Positions 25,753 to 40,651 of a stretch of 64,000 nt of DNA are shown here, in pieces. The notes beneath the pieces were generated by a model, which saw only the letters and a list, made by a program, of their open reading frames with translations, made no database searches and was not told the DNA's origin. The translations under genes were made by a program, and so were the position numbers. Origin of the DNA: Podarcis vaucheri (Eukaryota); the NCBI GenBank assembly GCA_965113315.1, contig OZ220368.1, one strand, 5' to 3'. How positions within the stretch are numbered: the stretch's first letter is position 1; each line of letters opens with the position of its first letter.

Positions 25753-26867
25753 AGTTCGCTCACAGCATTTTCTGTTCAGAGTATTCTGGGGGTTTTATTA
25801 TTCAACATAGAGTTGACCCAATTCCAAACACCACTTCATGCTTCAATCAAAACTGTTATGCATTTATGACCTACTACTGTTTCTGAAATGAAAATGGAAG
25901 AAACTGCAAAGGATGTGTGCATTTATTTTGGATGGAATAAATAGCAAGAGCTAATTACACACATCTGGTGTCTGTTTCGCAGACTGAACACACACACATT
26001 CAGATTTGTAGTACCAAATCTGTTTTTAGGGTTTGGTTGTGGGGTGGTTTTTTTAATCCATTTGGACATTGAACCGAGACCTTCGGCATTAATTGGTCTG
26101 TATAAACATTTTGTCTAAATTTTAGAGAACTGAGGATTTGGTCATGTGGAAGTTGATTACACTGCTAAAGCCTAGGCGTCAGCCCCGTGAGAAGGAAAAC
26201 AGACCTTTCCTAGCACTAATAGCAGGTTCTGATGTCTTGCTCCTTGGCCTGACAAGCTTTTGATGACACGTAGACTTAACTGGTTGTGCTGGCTGCAGTT
26301 GCTGGGCTTTATAGCCCCAAACAACTAGCAGGCAAAAAGTTAGCCAAGTGGGACTATAAAGAAGGATTAGCAACTAGGAATTTTAACTGTGTCTTCTCTT
26401 GGCTATTATATTGTTGAGACTCATCCCCAGGTCACTAAAGATGAGTGGTGGGATATGCATTCAATAAACACAACAGACAAATAAACCACATTTAGTATCT
26501 ACTGAGTTATGTGGCTTGAGGAACCTCTTAACCACTATTTGGTATTATCAACCACAGAGAGCAGCGAATGAACATTGGCTGAAGAAATGCAACTATGAAG
26601 TCTTTGATCATGTAAATCAGTCAGTGAGGACGCTGTTAAGGGCTGCATTCTACATGGCAGGTAGTGTGCCTTGTTTTTGCTTCCCCTCAGTGCACTGCCG
26701 GAAGAGAGGAAAACAAATGGCTTTTTGCTCAAAAATCTGATCGCCTGCAAGAGGGCCTTTTTTCTTATCCTGTCACTAATTGCTTCATACATTTTGGCCC
26801 TTCCCCACTCCTGTCGTCGTGCTGAACATTCCTCACCCACATGGAATTGGGCTGCAGGTTCTCTTAC

Positions 26868-27098
26868 CATAGCTGTCAAGCGTCCCTTATTTGGCGGGAC
26901 AGTCCCTTATCCCAGTGCCATGTCCCGCTGCTGTCTTACAGATGAGGCTTTGTTTGGCTGCTGGCTGGGCTTTCTGCCTTTGGCTCGGAGGAGCTCAGAA
27001 GCTGAACATACCTGTGCCCGGAAAATCCATTATTTTGGCTGGTGATCCCTTATTTTTGAGGCTGCTGGTCCCTTATTTTCGAATCTGTGACAGCTATG
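26868..27098. mobile_element. hAT non-autonomous element (short form)
   Basis: TIR CATAGCTGTCA / TGACAGCTATG; 8-bp TSD TCTCTTAC / TCTCTTGC; deletion derivative of 57160-57687. Confidence 0.85.
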
Positions 27099-28515
27099 TC
27101 TCTTGCCCCCCACTATAAAGTTACATTTCCATGAATACACATGGTCCAGTCCAATCAAGTGTTTCATCTTCCCCAGATGGTGACTGCAAAGTTTCTGGTG
27201 GAGACCCTCTGCACTCCTGAACTCAAAAGATGGTGGCCAGAATTAAAAGCCTGGACTTTTCATAGGTAAAATATGTGTTCCCACCACTGAGTAATGACTT
27301 CTCCCCATATTTCTGGTTCCATTTACTTGAAATAGATTTTCACATTTACCAGGACACACAGAAACATCCCAGGCACCAGACCCTAGCTGTGTTAAGACAC
27401 CACACTAACCCAAGAGTTGAAAATCTGCGTCCTTCCATATTATGTTGGACTCCATTGGTCATGCTGGCTGTGCTGATGGGAAGTGAGATCCTCCAGGAAA
27501 CCACCAGTCTTACCCACCTGCCAATCAGCTGATGTTAGTCCAGTCAGCCGATGCTGTCAGCTGACGAGTTGGGTGGGGTTAAATTCTGTGCTGATTGCAT
27601 ACACCGATTCCCCTACTGGGAACAGGCAGTTCCTGGGCAGCCAAAACAGCAGAATTTAACTGTCCAATCCTGGGTTCTGCTTCAAAATGCAATGTAGGGC
27701 TGTTTGAAAGTCCTTTTGCATTGTTCCTTGACACTCTGGTTTTCATAGGTTTAAATAGCAGTGTAGGGCTCTTTGCAAAAGGGCTTTTAAATAGCCCTGA
27801 GCAGCATTTTGAATTCCTAGCAATCGGGGCTTAGAAATGGAAGTATCATAGTGACATCAGGTGACTGACAGATCAAATTTGGCCTGTCACAGGTGGGGAA
27901 ATAAGGATCTGGCCCTCTAGCCAGAAAAGGTACCCGCATTCTAACAGAGATCTTGAATTGCAGAGAAATGGGCCAGCAAAAGGGAAAAGTGGAAGTACTT
28001 TATGTAATTTTGTCAGTGCCTATAACAAAATGTAGCCATTTTTAGAAGTTGGGCAGCTGTTTTATATACATGGCTTGGGAAAAAAAAGTTCCCTGTGTAG
28101 AAAAAAAAGTTAACATGCTGTAATACATTTTGTGCTTTAAAAATTTGTACATTAGGATAAGCATTACATCTGAATCAGTTAATGCACAATTCCCCACTGG
28201 TACTTGTATAAAAACCCATCATTAATCTACATATTAGCCAAAAATGTTGTAAATATACCATGTAAATTGTAGTTGCATAGCTGGAGGGTTTTCTCTCTCT
28301 TTTTGGGGGGTGGGCAGGCTAGTTCAGTGATTTGGAGAAGACACACAGGTCCAAGGAGATCTGATTATTTCAGGAATCTACTCTATAGCTAAAAAGGAGT
28401 CAGTGGTTTTGAGACAATACAATGCCATGCACATTAGCCTGAGTTACTGAAGATTGTCATGGTCGTTCTTTCTCCCTTAAGGATGTTTTTAACATATAGC
28501 TCCTTATTGCCAGAA

Positions 28516-28521
28516 AATAAA
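28516..28521 (+). terminator. Candidate distal VAPB polyadenylation signal
   Basis: AATAAA downstream of an AT-rich, TGTA-rich, repeat-poor stretch (28000-28280) typical of 3'UTR ends. Confidence 0.35.
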
Positions 28522-28855
28522 AATTGCTTCATAGAATGCAACGGCTGGAACTCTACAGCTCCAAGGAATAGCTGCCAAGCAAGTTTTGATCAGACGAGAA
28601 ATCACGAGTTTTCGCCTGTTGCCAGCAGCTGTGTATTTCAGAGTTAACTCAATTGGATGTTGCTTTGTTGACTGATTAAGGATGCCAGAAAACTCATACT
28701 GGGTTATTTTTCACAGTGGAGTAGAACAGCTGAGGCTGTAAACAAATGCCCTTTTGAGCATTTTTCTGTTTACCAATAGTTGTTATCTTTCTTTGCAGGT
28801 GTAGTAGGATCATCAGGTATGTGGGGCAGGGTGGGAAAAGTCAGTCTTCACAAAA

Positions 28856-29037
28856 GGAAGGCCGCAGCTCAGTGGTAGAGCATGCACTTTGAATGCAGAA
28901 GGTCCCAGGCACAATCCCTAGCATACCCAGGTGGGGCTGGGAATGCCCCATCTAGAACTTGCAACACCTGCCAGGGAGACACTACTGAGAAAGGCGGACC
29001 AATAGTTTGACTTTGTCTAAGGCAGCTTCCTTTGCCT
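28856..29037 (+). mobile_element. Old tRNA(Ala/Cys-like)-derived SINE
   Basis: gctcagtggtagagcat..gcagaaggtcccaggc head and taaggcagcttcct tail; homologous copy at 62902-63090. Confidence 0.65.
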
Positions 29038-29740
29038 AAATCTGGCTTGCACAATTCATTGACCTTATGTGAACTGGTTTCTTCCAATCCCAGCACCTCG
29101 GTTGAGTTCCACATACATGGCTAAATGAATTGCACCTTGTACCTGGTCTGGCTTTTAAATTGTGACTGTCTTTAGCATTTTATCACCTTTATTCCTAAGG
29201 ACTAGATTCACGCTCTTTTTCAGAATAACCAAGGGCCTCATATAAACAAATCCACGGCACCTACAAAGCGGACATTGTGGCCAGGTTCGCACGTAATGCA
29301 AAACCATTGTTTTAACACTGCATGAGCAGGAAGAAGCCCAGGCAAAGGGCTTGGCAGGGCTCTCCTCTCTCCTCCCACATGACCAGCAACAAATGCTTTT
29401 GCTAGTGTGTAGTTTCGCCTTCTGATAATCCTGGCTTGTCATGCCATACAAAAGAGAAATGGTCGTTCAAAAGAAACTGGTCCGTTACGTGAGCCAGCTT
29501 CATAATTTCTTCTTTTGACCTAAATCCCTAAGGAACTTGAGACTTGGCTACCTGGAAAAGACTCCTTATCCCATTTAAACCTTTCTATTCACTAAGATTT
29601 TTGGAGGAGGTCCTTCTGCGAATGCCATGACCTATATTAATCCATCTTGCAGCATCCAAAGGCAAGGGCATTTCCTTGGTGGCTTCTACATTGTAGAAGT
29701 CTCTGCTCTGAGATAAGGCACGTACTGATAGTAATGACTG

Positions 29741-29822
29741 TTTAAAACTGTGTTAAAACTCTATATTTATTCACCCATGCATTTAAAACTGTGTTAAAAC
29801 TCTATATTTATTCACCCATGCA
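29741..29822. repeat. Perfect 41-bp tandem duplication
   Basis: tttaaaactgtgttaaaactctatatttattcacccatgca present twice (29741-29781, 29782-29822). Confidence 0.97.
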
Positions 29823-30767
29823 TTTTCAGGCTATTGGTCTGCAGTTGTAGCTATTTCCCTGCCTAATGTATTTGGATAATTGATGATTGTATCCTGCATT
29901 GGAATTTACTTTTGAATTAAAAGGCGGTCTAAAAATATTTGAAACGAAATGTTTCGAAGTTGGCCTGTCTTTAAAATGACCAGATTAAAAAACAAAACAA
30001 ACCAACAACTATGGTCCCTGGTTTGCTTGAGAGAACAAGGAAATATTAGCATGAAGTAAAACTAATCTCCAACAATCTGCCTGCTTGTGCGTATTAACTC
30101 TGTGCTATGGTATAGCTTTATGTGCAAACCCAGCCTCTGGGGTTGTTCTGTGCTGACCAAATTTACACCCTCACCTCCCCTGTTTAAGATAAGCAGTTGA
30201 ATATGCAGGTACATTTCCTCACACATGGTACATTATATGGAAGCTGGATAACAGGATCCCCAATTCCAACTTTTATACTATTAACAGTTGGTATACATTG
30301 TGAACAAAATAGTAAATGATATGTCTCTATGACGCTAATCCAGAGCAACGAAACTGAAATTGTCCCATGAAAGCAGAATTGCTTCTTGATACATGAGAAT
30401 TATTATTTTTTGTTTGGGTGGGTGGGGAGAAGAGGGTGAAGGTCTATCCTACAGCTACTGAAACGGGCCATTCTGGTGCGTTAGGTACAATTTAAGCCAC
30501 CTGATCAGAAGCCGAAGGATGCCCTCTACATCAGAGACCAAGCAGCCCAGTTCAGATGCCCGTCTCCATACTTAGGCAGGTATGAAAGGGGAAAGCACAT
30601 CCAACAGGCGTCACCTATCATTAAGAAAAAATGAGAGTGCGTATTGGCAAGGTAGAAAGCGAAACAGTTTCCCCAGTGTGCTCATTTTGTTGTGCATACA
30701 TGTAAGTCTGAACGCTAAGGCTGCCTGGATTCCATGCAGCAGCTCAGTGACCAAAACATCTGGATTT

Positions 30768-31580
<813 letters not shown>

Positions 31581-31747
31581 TCATTGCTTGTTTAAAAACG
31601 GGCATGTTCTTTACCAAGGGAAGCTGCATTCCGCAAAGGGGAAGGAAGAGATTCAGCAGAAAACGTTAACTTCTGTTAGGGCATGAAAGACTAGAGGGAG
31701 GGAGCAAGGCTAAACTGTCCTTTTCCCTGGTTGTACCAGCCTCTTAA

Positions 31748-32098
31748 GCACGCGGGTGGTGCTGTGGGTTAAACCACAGAGCCTAGGACTTGCCGATCAG
31801 AAGGTAGGCGGTTTGAATCCCTGCGACGGGGTGAGCTCCCGTTGCTCGGTCCCTGCTCCTGCCAACCTAGCAGTTCAAAAGCACATCAAAGTGCAAGTAG
31901 ATAAATAGGTACTGCTCCGGCAGGAAGGTAAACGGTGTTACCGTGCGCTGCTCTGGTTCGCCAGAAGCGGCTTAGTCATGCTGACCACACGACCCGGAAG
32001 CTGTACGCCGGCTCCCTCGGCCTGTAAAGCAAGATGAGCGCCGCAACCCCAGAGTCGGCCACGACTGGACCTAATGGTCAGGGGTCCCTTTAACTTTA
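31748..32098 (+). mobile_element. Sauria SINE
   Basis: Full length; TSD TAC(C/T)AGCCTCTT. Confidence 0.95.
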
Positions 32099-33387
32099 CT
32101 AGCCTCTTTGCTCTACTATTAGTAAAACATGTTTGCTGTTTTATTCTTCTTCTCCAACCAAAAAAAATAAAATCATATAGGTTTAGATTTTAAGGATAGA
32201 AAAGACCAGGGGTGTGGGAAGGTGCTTAAAAGACTGCAGGGGGAGGCAGAGACCCACAACAACAAATGTACATTTAGATCTCTCAGCAAATTTAAATCTC
32301 TCATCAAATTTAGGTGGTGATTTGGGTCTCACCAGCTCTATCCTTTGCAGGAGGCTCATAATGACTTATTTAAATTATCTGGCAAAATATAAGATGCAGC
32401 TACTTTTACTGGCCTAGGCTAAATTGTGAAATCCTGCAGGTTTTAGTATTTGAACGCCAGATAGGTGCCAACAGGGAGAAGGGTGTGGTGGCAAATACAG
32501 ATTTTTTATATCAAAACATCAGAAGCCTGTGTCGGAATTCTACAGGGCAGGGGAAAGGTTTAACTTTTCAGAGTGGTATCTGGTAGTTTATTTAATGGTA
32601 TAAAAGCAATTTCCTCTCTACCCCACTATGAGGAGCTAGCCTCATTTAATGTGGAAGTAATGTACATATTTTCATCTGACGTACACTAGGGGAATATAAC
32701 CCGAAATGTTTCTAAGTCAGCATTAAAAACGTGTTCCTGTACTAATTATAGAAATGGGCAACATAACAATTTACAGCGAAGCGTATCTGCTTTCATAAGC
32801 CTGGGCTGCTGCATACAGTTGATTTCTGAAAGACGCCAGCCGTGTTTGCATGGGAATGAGATTTTAGTAACTCTGCACTTAGCAGGCAATTTGCATGTGC
32901 GCTGACTGAAGTCTGCAATAACCAAGCCATTTTCAACTCGCCTTACCGCAGCTGTCACTCTCGAGGAGCGTTGACGGTACACAGGGCATTGCAGCTAAAT
33001 ATTCCCAGCCTTTTTATTTTTAAAGCAGGAAATACTTTAATACTGGGAGATAATTTCCCAAGAGTGGTTTTTCTTTAAAACATATTTAAGAGAAAATCAA
33101 AGACGTTCCTCTGTGCAGAGCAGGGGGCTTGGAAGAAACCTCTGTTGTTTGTGATTGGTTCTGACCCACCAGCCGCCGGCTCTGGAGCAATTCGGCTGAC
33201 TTGGTGGCTGATCTCGAGGTCGGTAAGCGAGCTGAACTTCTATGGGAGTGCAAGAAAAATGCAGAGAGGCAATTGCTGCCTTACACTGGCCGGGCTATGA
33301 ATCCCAGACTCCAGTTCTCATCACTCTTTAGGCCACAATGGCTGAGGCTGATGGCAGCTGCAGTCCAATATCTGGAATATACCAGGT

Positions 33388-33737
33388 AGGATGCGGGTGG
33401 CGCTGTGGGTTAAACCACAAAGCCTAGGACTTGCCGATCAGAAGGTCGGTGGTTCGAATCCCCGCGACGGGGTGAGCTCCCGTTGCTAGGTCCCTGCTCC
33501 TGCCAACCTAGCAGTTCAAAAGCATGAAGCGCAAGTAGATAAATAGGTACCGCTCCGGCAGGAAGGTAAACGGCGTTTCTGTGCGCTGCTCTGGTTCCCC
33601 AGAAAGCAGCTTAGTCATGCTGGCCACATGACCCAGAAGCTGTATGCCGGCTCCCTCGGCCAATAAAGCGAGATGAGCACCGCAACCCCTGAGTCGGTCA
33701 CAACTGGACCTAATGGTCAGGGGCCCCTTTACTTTTA
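33388..33737 (+). mobile_element. Sauria SINE
   Basis: Full length; 7-bp TSD ACCAGGT; splits an older hAT-like MITE end (tctggaatat-accaggt-tggaaaggc). Confidence 0.95.
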
Positions 33738-34684
33738 ACCAGGTTGGAAAGGCCAATCTCAATTTACAGTCTTTCCCAGTCCTGCTACCCAATATTTTTT
33801 TTAAACTCAAAATGCCTGGGAATGAAGTTGAGACCGGCGTACAAAAGAAAGTTATCTTCTACCTTGAACAATAGACTTCTTTCCTTTTAAAAGTGACAGG
33901 ATGCGTGGAAACGTTTTTGGCTTCACAGGCCAGATCCTTAGAGTGTGCCAAATTTGGCAGGTGGGTGAGGCCTCCCACCTGTCGATCACATGACATCATA
34001 GCACCACATGACTGACCACGTGAGTGGTCTCACTTACCTTGTGTAGGGTTTCCAAGTGCACAACAGTTAGCTCTCTGTTGGATACTTGGGAACCTGCAGT
34101 GGCTTCAAAGCCCTTTTGCTGTTTGCAAAGGGCTTTAAGGCAGCCCCCATGCTCCCATTTCAGCCTCTGGAGATTCTTATCCGGATCTACTACCCACAAC
34201 CACTCACTGAATAAAAGGAGAAGCGTGGAGCTGCTTCAAAGAGTGCTTTTGCAAAGTGCCTTATTAAACACAGGCTCAGCAGCTGATGAGTGGAGATGAA
34301 ATCCTGATGGGCTAAACCCCCTCCCACCCATCAGCTGATGTCACCAATGGGTGTGAGGAAAATTGCCTCATGGAAACTGGAACCTCCTTGGCAGGCCACG
34401 ATTGGCACAGAGACTGGCTGTTCTCCAATCTTGTTCTAGCCTCAAAGAATTTATGCTCCTTCTGACCCTTCTCCAAAGCTTGCCATAACCTGCCGTGCCC
34501 GTCCTTTGAATTATCTGCACATGCAAGTAAATACAAAGAGGGAACATACAACACTGTTGGACCATGTAGTCTATGTAGCTCAGAGTAGTCTGCACTGACG
34601 CGGACAGCAGCTCTCCTACCTCTCCTTGCCCTTCCCCGGGAGCCACCGGGAAACGAACCCAGGACCCCTTTGCATTCTAGAGAG

Positions 34685-34688
<4 letters not shown>

Positions 34689-34720
<32 letters not shown>
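34689..34720. repeat. (AC)16 microsatellite
   Basis: Read directly. Confidence 0.97.
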
Positions 34721-34721
<1 letters not shown>

Positions 34722-35693
34722 GGAGCTACTGTCCTCCCCCAAAGATTGGTAGCAAATAAATAAATAAAGGGTGGCCACGAAAGCAAGCCAAAAATCTGCA
34801 GACTCCTCTTCCTTGCCAAAAAACCTTTCTCACTTCCACTTACGTGAAACTCTTTCGAAGGAGGCAAGTGACACTGTCTAACTCTCCCCAGGCAGTGACA
34901 TCATCCGCCAGCAACAAGCCGCGTAGAACTGTGAGCTGATTAATTGCAGCATTGCAGTGAAGTCACTGTATTTCAGCGCACCTCAGCTTGGGTTTTAAAT
35001 TAATTTTCTTTTTTTTTAAGAAAGCAATTCGTGTTTACCATCTGGTTTAGCTCATATGTATATGGTTTTGGCCCAAGATGACTTGGCTTTAATGCCAATC
35101 TGAGCATGTGCCTCGGAAAGGTGGTTGTTTTTCGTCCTTCGCCTCGTCCTTCAAGAATCCCAGTGGCTGCAATATTGTGTAGGGGGGGGGCTGCTTTTCC
35201 TCCCCTCTCTTCACCTCAGCCCTGACTTTGGTCCCATCTGGCAACGGTCATGAGCCCTTTTCTGCTCATTGCTCCTTGTCCTATCTTGCAGTTCAATCAC
35301 ATTTCTCAATTGATTAGTTATGATTTTGATTAAAAAATACGCTCTGGGCATGAAACCAAGCTCCTGACAAAAAATTGGGGGGTGGGGTGGAGAGAGAAAG
35401 AAACCAAGGCCGGCTTGTTTCAGCTGCACTGGAAGTTGCGTTCTGTATATCCCAGGCCTGCCGCCCGTAATTACATTCAGGGCTATTTCCTCTGGTAATG
35501 GCATTCTCTGCTAAGGGATAATGGTTTATTGGATAATGTTTCTCTGCCCCCCACCCTTTTTCTGCTCCTCTTTTTTTCATAAGAACTAGAGGAGGACCAG
35601 TCAGAACTGAGACCCCATAAGGTAACATCAGTGTCCACTGAGCCTGCCATCCCCTCCAGACCAGGGTTTGGGGGGGTATTATTATTCTTATTA

Positions 35694-36041
35694 GGGACAC
35701 GGGTGGCGCTGTGGGTTAAACCACAGAGCCTAGGACTTGCCGATCAGAAGGTTGGCAGTTCAAATCCCCGCGACGGGGTGAGCTCCCGTTGCTCGGTCCC
35801 TGCTCCTGCCAACCTAGCAGTTCGAAAGCACGTCAAAGTGCAAGTAGATAAATAGGTACCGCTCCAGCGGGAAGGTAAACTGCGTTTCTGTGTGCTGCTC
35901 TGGCTCACCAGAAGCGGCTTACTCATGCTGGCCACATGACCCAGAATCTGTACGCCGGCTCCTTCGGCCAATAAAGCGAGATGAGCGCCGCAACCCCAGA
36001 GTCGGTCACGACTGGACCTAATGATCAGGGGTCCCTTTACC

Positions 36042-36045
<4 letters not shown>
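35694..36045 (+). mobile_element. Sauria SINE
   Basis: Full length; flanked by (TAT)n on both sides. Confidence 0.95.
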
Positions 36046-36086
<41 letters not shown>

Positions 36087-36476
36087 TACACCACACCCAT
36101 CTGTCTGGGTTGCTCCAGCCACTCTGAGCGGCTCCCAAAAGAATATTAAAAACACGATAAAACATCAAACATTAAAAACTTCCCTAAACAGGGCTGCCTT
36201 GAGATGTTTTCTACAAGTCAGATAGTTGCTTATTTCCTTGACGTATGATGGCAGGGCGTTCCACAGGGCGGGCGCCACTACCGAGAAGGCCCTCTGCCTG
36301 GTTCCCTGTAATCTCACTTCTTGCAGTGAGGGAACCGCCAGAAGGTCCTTGGAGCTGGAGCTCAGTGTCTGAGCTGAACGATGGGGGTGGAAATGCTCCT
36401 TCAGGTCTACTGGGCCGAGGCTGTTTAGGGCTTTCAAGGTCAGCACCAACACTTTGAATTGTGTTTGGAAACGTAT
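36046..36476 (-). mobile_element. L2 LINE 3' fragment with (AAT)n tail
   Basis: RFQTQFKVLVLTLKALNSLGPVDLKE...GTRQRAFSVVAPALWNALPSYVKE..KHLKAALFREVF is an L2 ORF2 C-terminus. Confidence 0.88.
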
Positions 36477-36527
36477 ATCTGAGGGGCGCAGTCCTTCCTG
36501 GGCAATTTTGTAATGGCCAGGTCTGCT

Positions 36528-37258
<731 letters not shown>

Positions 37259-38623
37259 CTATATTGATGAATGTGCTAGAAAAACGGAAACTTCATTACT
37301 TGTTTTCTGATTGTTGCATAGCATAACTTGGAGCTCAAAGGGAATTCCAGTTGGGAAAACACTGACAGATTGTCACAATAGGCATGGGCTGCTATGGCTC
37401 AAGAATCACGTTATGCCAACAAATTGTTGAAATATGTGGCATATAGGAATGAAATATGGTCATCTTACTATCTTAGCTTAGGAGGTTTTAAGAACTGGGA
37501 TGGGGAAACAGAATGGGTGTGTGAGAGGGTCTTTTCTGTGGTGGCCTCCCTTCTGAGATGCATCTGGGTTTGACACTGTATGTATACAGTTCAACATCAG
37601 AGACCTTTTTGCAGAGACCTCTGGTGGTGGAAGATGGGATCATAATTTATTGTTACATGGTGTATTTGAACTGACCTGTATGTGACCTACTCTTAGACTG
37701 TGTGGTGAAGGGCCGGCTACGAAGGTCCATTAATTAACAAATGTTTTATGCATTTTTCCTTGAAGATATGCAAAGTTTTCATTAGCATTTTGAATTCAGG
37801 GCATCTCAAGAATGTCTTTCAAACGGAACAAACAAAGCAAGGCAAATTGGTGTACCATATCTAATTTGATATAATTCAACCAACAACATTTAATTATCTA
37901 AATTAAATTTCCTTGGTCATAAAGGAGAGCCAGTGTGGACCGCTGCCTAGACTAACCCCATGGGTGCTCCCCAATGCTTCTTGGAGGAAGGATGCAATAT
38001 TTATTTCAAGTACACAAACTTCTTTTTTTTAAAAGCAGCAACCCATGGAGCTCCCCTCAACTCCCCAGAGCAGATTTTACAAGGCATGCAGGGCTGGGAA
38101 GTTCCACTGCAAAGCTAAAACTCCTTGTGCAAGTGGAGCGGTTTAACTGGATACCACCCATGTAAACTGTCCCCCACCCCAAACTGAATGCGGCCTAATG
38201 AACACATATTTTGGCTTACCAGGTGCTTGGATCCCCTGTGCCTGTTTTTTTTACAGCCCCAGGTAGGCAATATCAGCAGCAAATAGGATTATCAGGTCTC
38301 CAGTGGGCAATCCCATATGGCTAGTGAGTAGCAGATAGTTACAAGTTCGGCAGGGCCTGAATTTTATTAAGTTCTGGTGCTTCACTTTGGGCAGGCCTTA
38401 TAGAGATTGGCCCCCTCCAGAGGATAGAGAGGAAGTCAACATAGTGCTAAACAGATGGCTCCATCAGCATTCCTGCTTGCCTCATGGAACAATCTGCCCT
38501 TTTCACATAACTTGTGTGCCGTTCCAGGGCGAGATTGATATATGAATAAATATGGACAGATACCGTCCTACCTACTACTACTAATGCTTATAATTTTATT
38601 ATTTATGCTCCACCCATCTAGCT

Positions 38624-38758
38624 GGAGGAAGGGTTGATAAAATTATTGGACTTAGCTGAGATGGCAAAGTAAATGTGTTTAATCAGTGAAAAATCATTAT
38701 TGATATTTATTAAGAATCAGAAACCCTTTATGCATGAACTTGTAATACCTGGATTTGA
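38624..38758 (+). mobile_element. Old L1 ORF2 C-terminal remnant (host of the younger L1)
   Basis: EEGLIKLLDLAEMAK*MCLISEKSLLIFIKNQKPFM..ELVIPGFE is homologous to EEWQMKVMDYMELAEMT; continues as gaagattga after 40651. Confidence 0.65.
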
Positions 38759-40651
38759 GAAAAATTTAACACCGATTGAGAGAGAGAGGTTTCAGAATGA
38801 GACAGGTTTAACAATGGTTAAGAAAGTGAAATACCTGGGGATTAACATGACAGCAAAAAATGGGAATTCATTTAAAGACAATTACGAAAAATGCTGAAGT
38901 GAAAAAAGATTTAGAAATTTGGTCAAATTTGAAGCTTTCACTGCTAGGCCGTATTGCTGCGATAAAAATGAATGTATTGCCTAGAATGTTGTTTCTGTTT
39001 CAAACATTGCAAATTTTGGACAAAATGGATTGCTTCAAGAAGTGGCAGAGAGATATCTCTAGATTTGTCTGGCAGGGCAAGAAGCCTAGAATAAAATTTA
39101 AAATACTAACAGATGCAAAGGAAAGAGGTGGATTTGCCCTGCCAGACCTTAAACTTTATTATGAATCAGCAGCTTTTTGCTGGTTGAAAGAATGGCTGCT
39201 TCTTGAAAACACAGACATTTTGGATTTAGAGGGTTTTAATAATGTATTTGGATGGCATGCATACTTGTGGTAAGATAAGGTCAAAGCACATAAAGCATTA
39301 AAAAACCGTATTGTCAGGAAAGCATTGTTTAATGTTTGGATAAGATATAAGGACCTACTGGAAAACAAAACCCCAAGGTGGCTGTCACCGATGGAAGCGA
39401 AAGCTCAGAAAAAGCTCAATATGGAGGTCAAATGGCCGAAATATTGGGAAATTTTGGAAGAAGAGGGAGATAGACTGAAATTGCAGAGTTTTGAGAAATT
39501 AAAAAACAAAGTGCGAGACTGGCTTCATTATTATCAGATAATGGAGGCATACAATTTGGACAAGAAAATTGGCTTCCAGGTGGAAAAATCAAAATTAGAA
39601 ACAGAACTGCTAGAACCCAAAACTAAGATTTTGTCAAAGATGTATAACTTGCTGTTGAAATGGAATACACAGGATGAAACGGTGAAATCTGCTATGATTA
39701 AATGGGCACAAGACGTTGGGCATAACATAATGATGGCTGACTGGGAACAGTTATGGACCACAGGTATGAAATTCACGGCATGTAATGCCTTAAGAGAGAA
39801 TATTATGAAAATGATATACAGGTGGTACATGACACCAGTCAAGCTTGCAAAAATCTATCATTTGCCCGATAATAAATGTTGGAAATGTAAAGAAACTGAA
39901 GGCACATTCTTTCACCTTTGGTGGACATGCCCAAGGATTAAGGCTTTCTGGGAGATGATTTATAATGAAATGAAAAGGGTATTTAAATACACCTTTCTGA
40001 AGAAACAAGAGGCCTTTCTTCTGGGCATTGTCGGCCAATTGGTGTCAAAGAAGGACAGAACTTTTTTTATGTATGCCACAATAGCAGCAAGAATACTTAT
40101 TGCAAAGTATTGGAAGACACAAGATCTACCCACTCTGGAAGAATGGCAGATGAAGGTGATGGACTATATGGAACTGGCGGAAATGACTGGCAGAATCCGA
40201 GACCAGGGAGAAGAGTCGGTGGAAGAAGATTGGAAGAAATTCAAAGACTATTTACAGAAATATTGCAAAATTAATGAATGTTAGAATGATGTCAGAATGA
40301 AGTTAAGTGGTTTAAGCAGCAATGTTATAAAGGTGTATGTAAAATGGATCGTTAACAGATGAGAATCCAAAGTTATAATATATTATGTTAAAGGACTAAG
40401 ATAAAAACAAAGAGGGAAAGAAATTGCTGAATTAACTAACTGAATTGGAATACAAAAAAGGGAGGTGTGAGGAGGTCAGGGAAACAAGGAAATGAATGTA
40501 AGGTATGGAAAGACTGATGTATTTTTTTAAGTGTTTTTTATCTTTTTTGTATTTTTTCTTTTATTTTTACTTTTGTCTTTCTTTTCTTCTTTTTTTATTC
40601 ATGTAATTTTTTTTCTTTGAAACCTTAATAAATATCATTTTTTAAAAAAAA
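38759..40651 (+). mobile_element. 5'-truncated L1 LINE (ORF2 3' half, 3'UTR, A tail)
   Basis: VKYLGI, LSLLGRIAAIKMNVLPRMLFLFQ, GGFALPDLKLYY, CCHC knuckle CWKC..TFFHLWWTC; frameshift near 38895 and stop at 39271-39273; AATAAA at 40627 plus A8; TSD GATTTGA. Confidence 0.95.

Noticed and set aside
38860-40284. 137-aa and 319-aa ORFs as a host gene
   Set aside because: They are consecutive pieces of a truncated L1 ORF2 separated by a stop, with an A tail and TSD.
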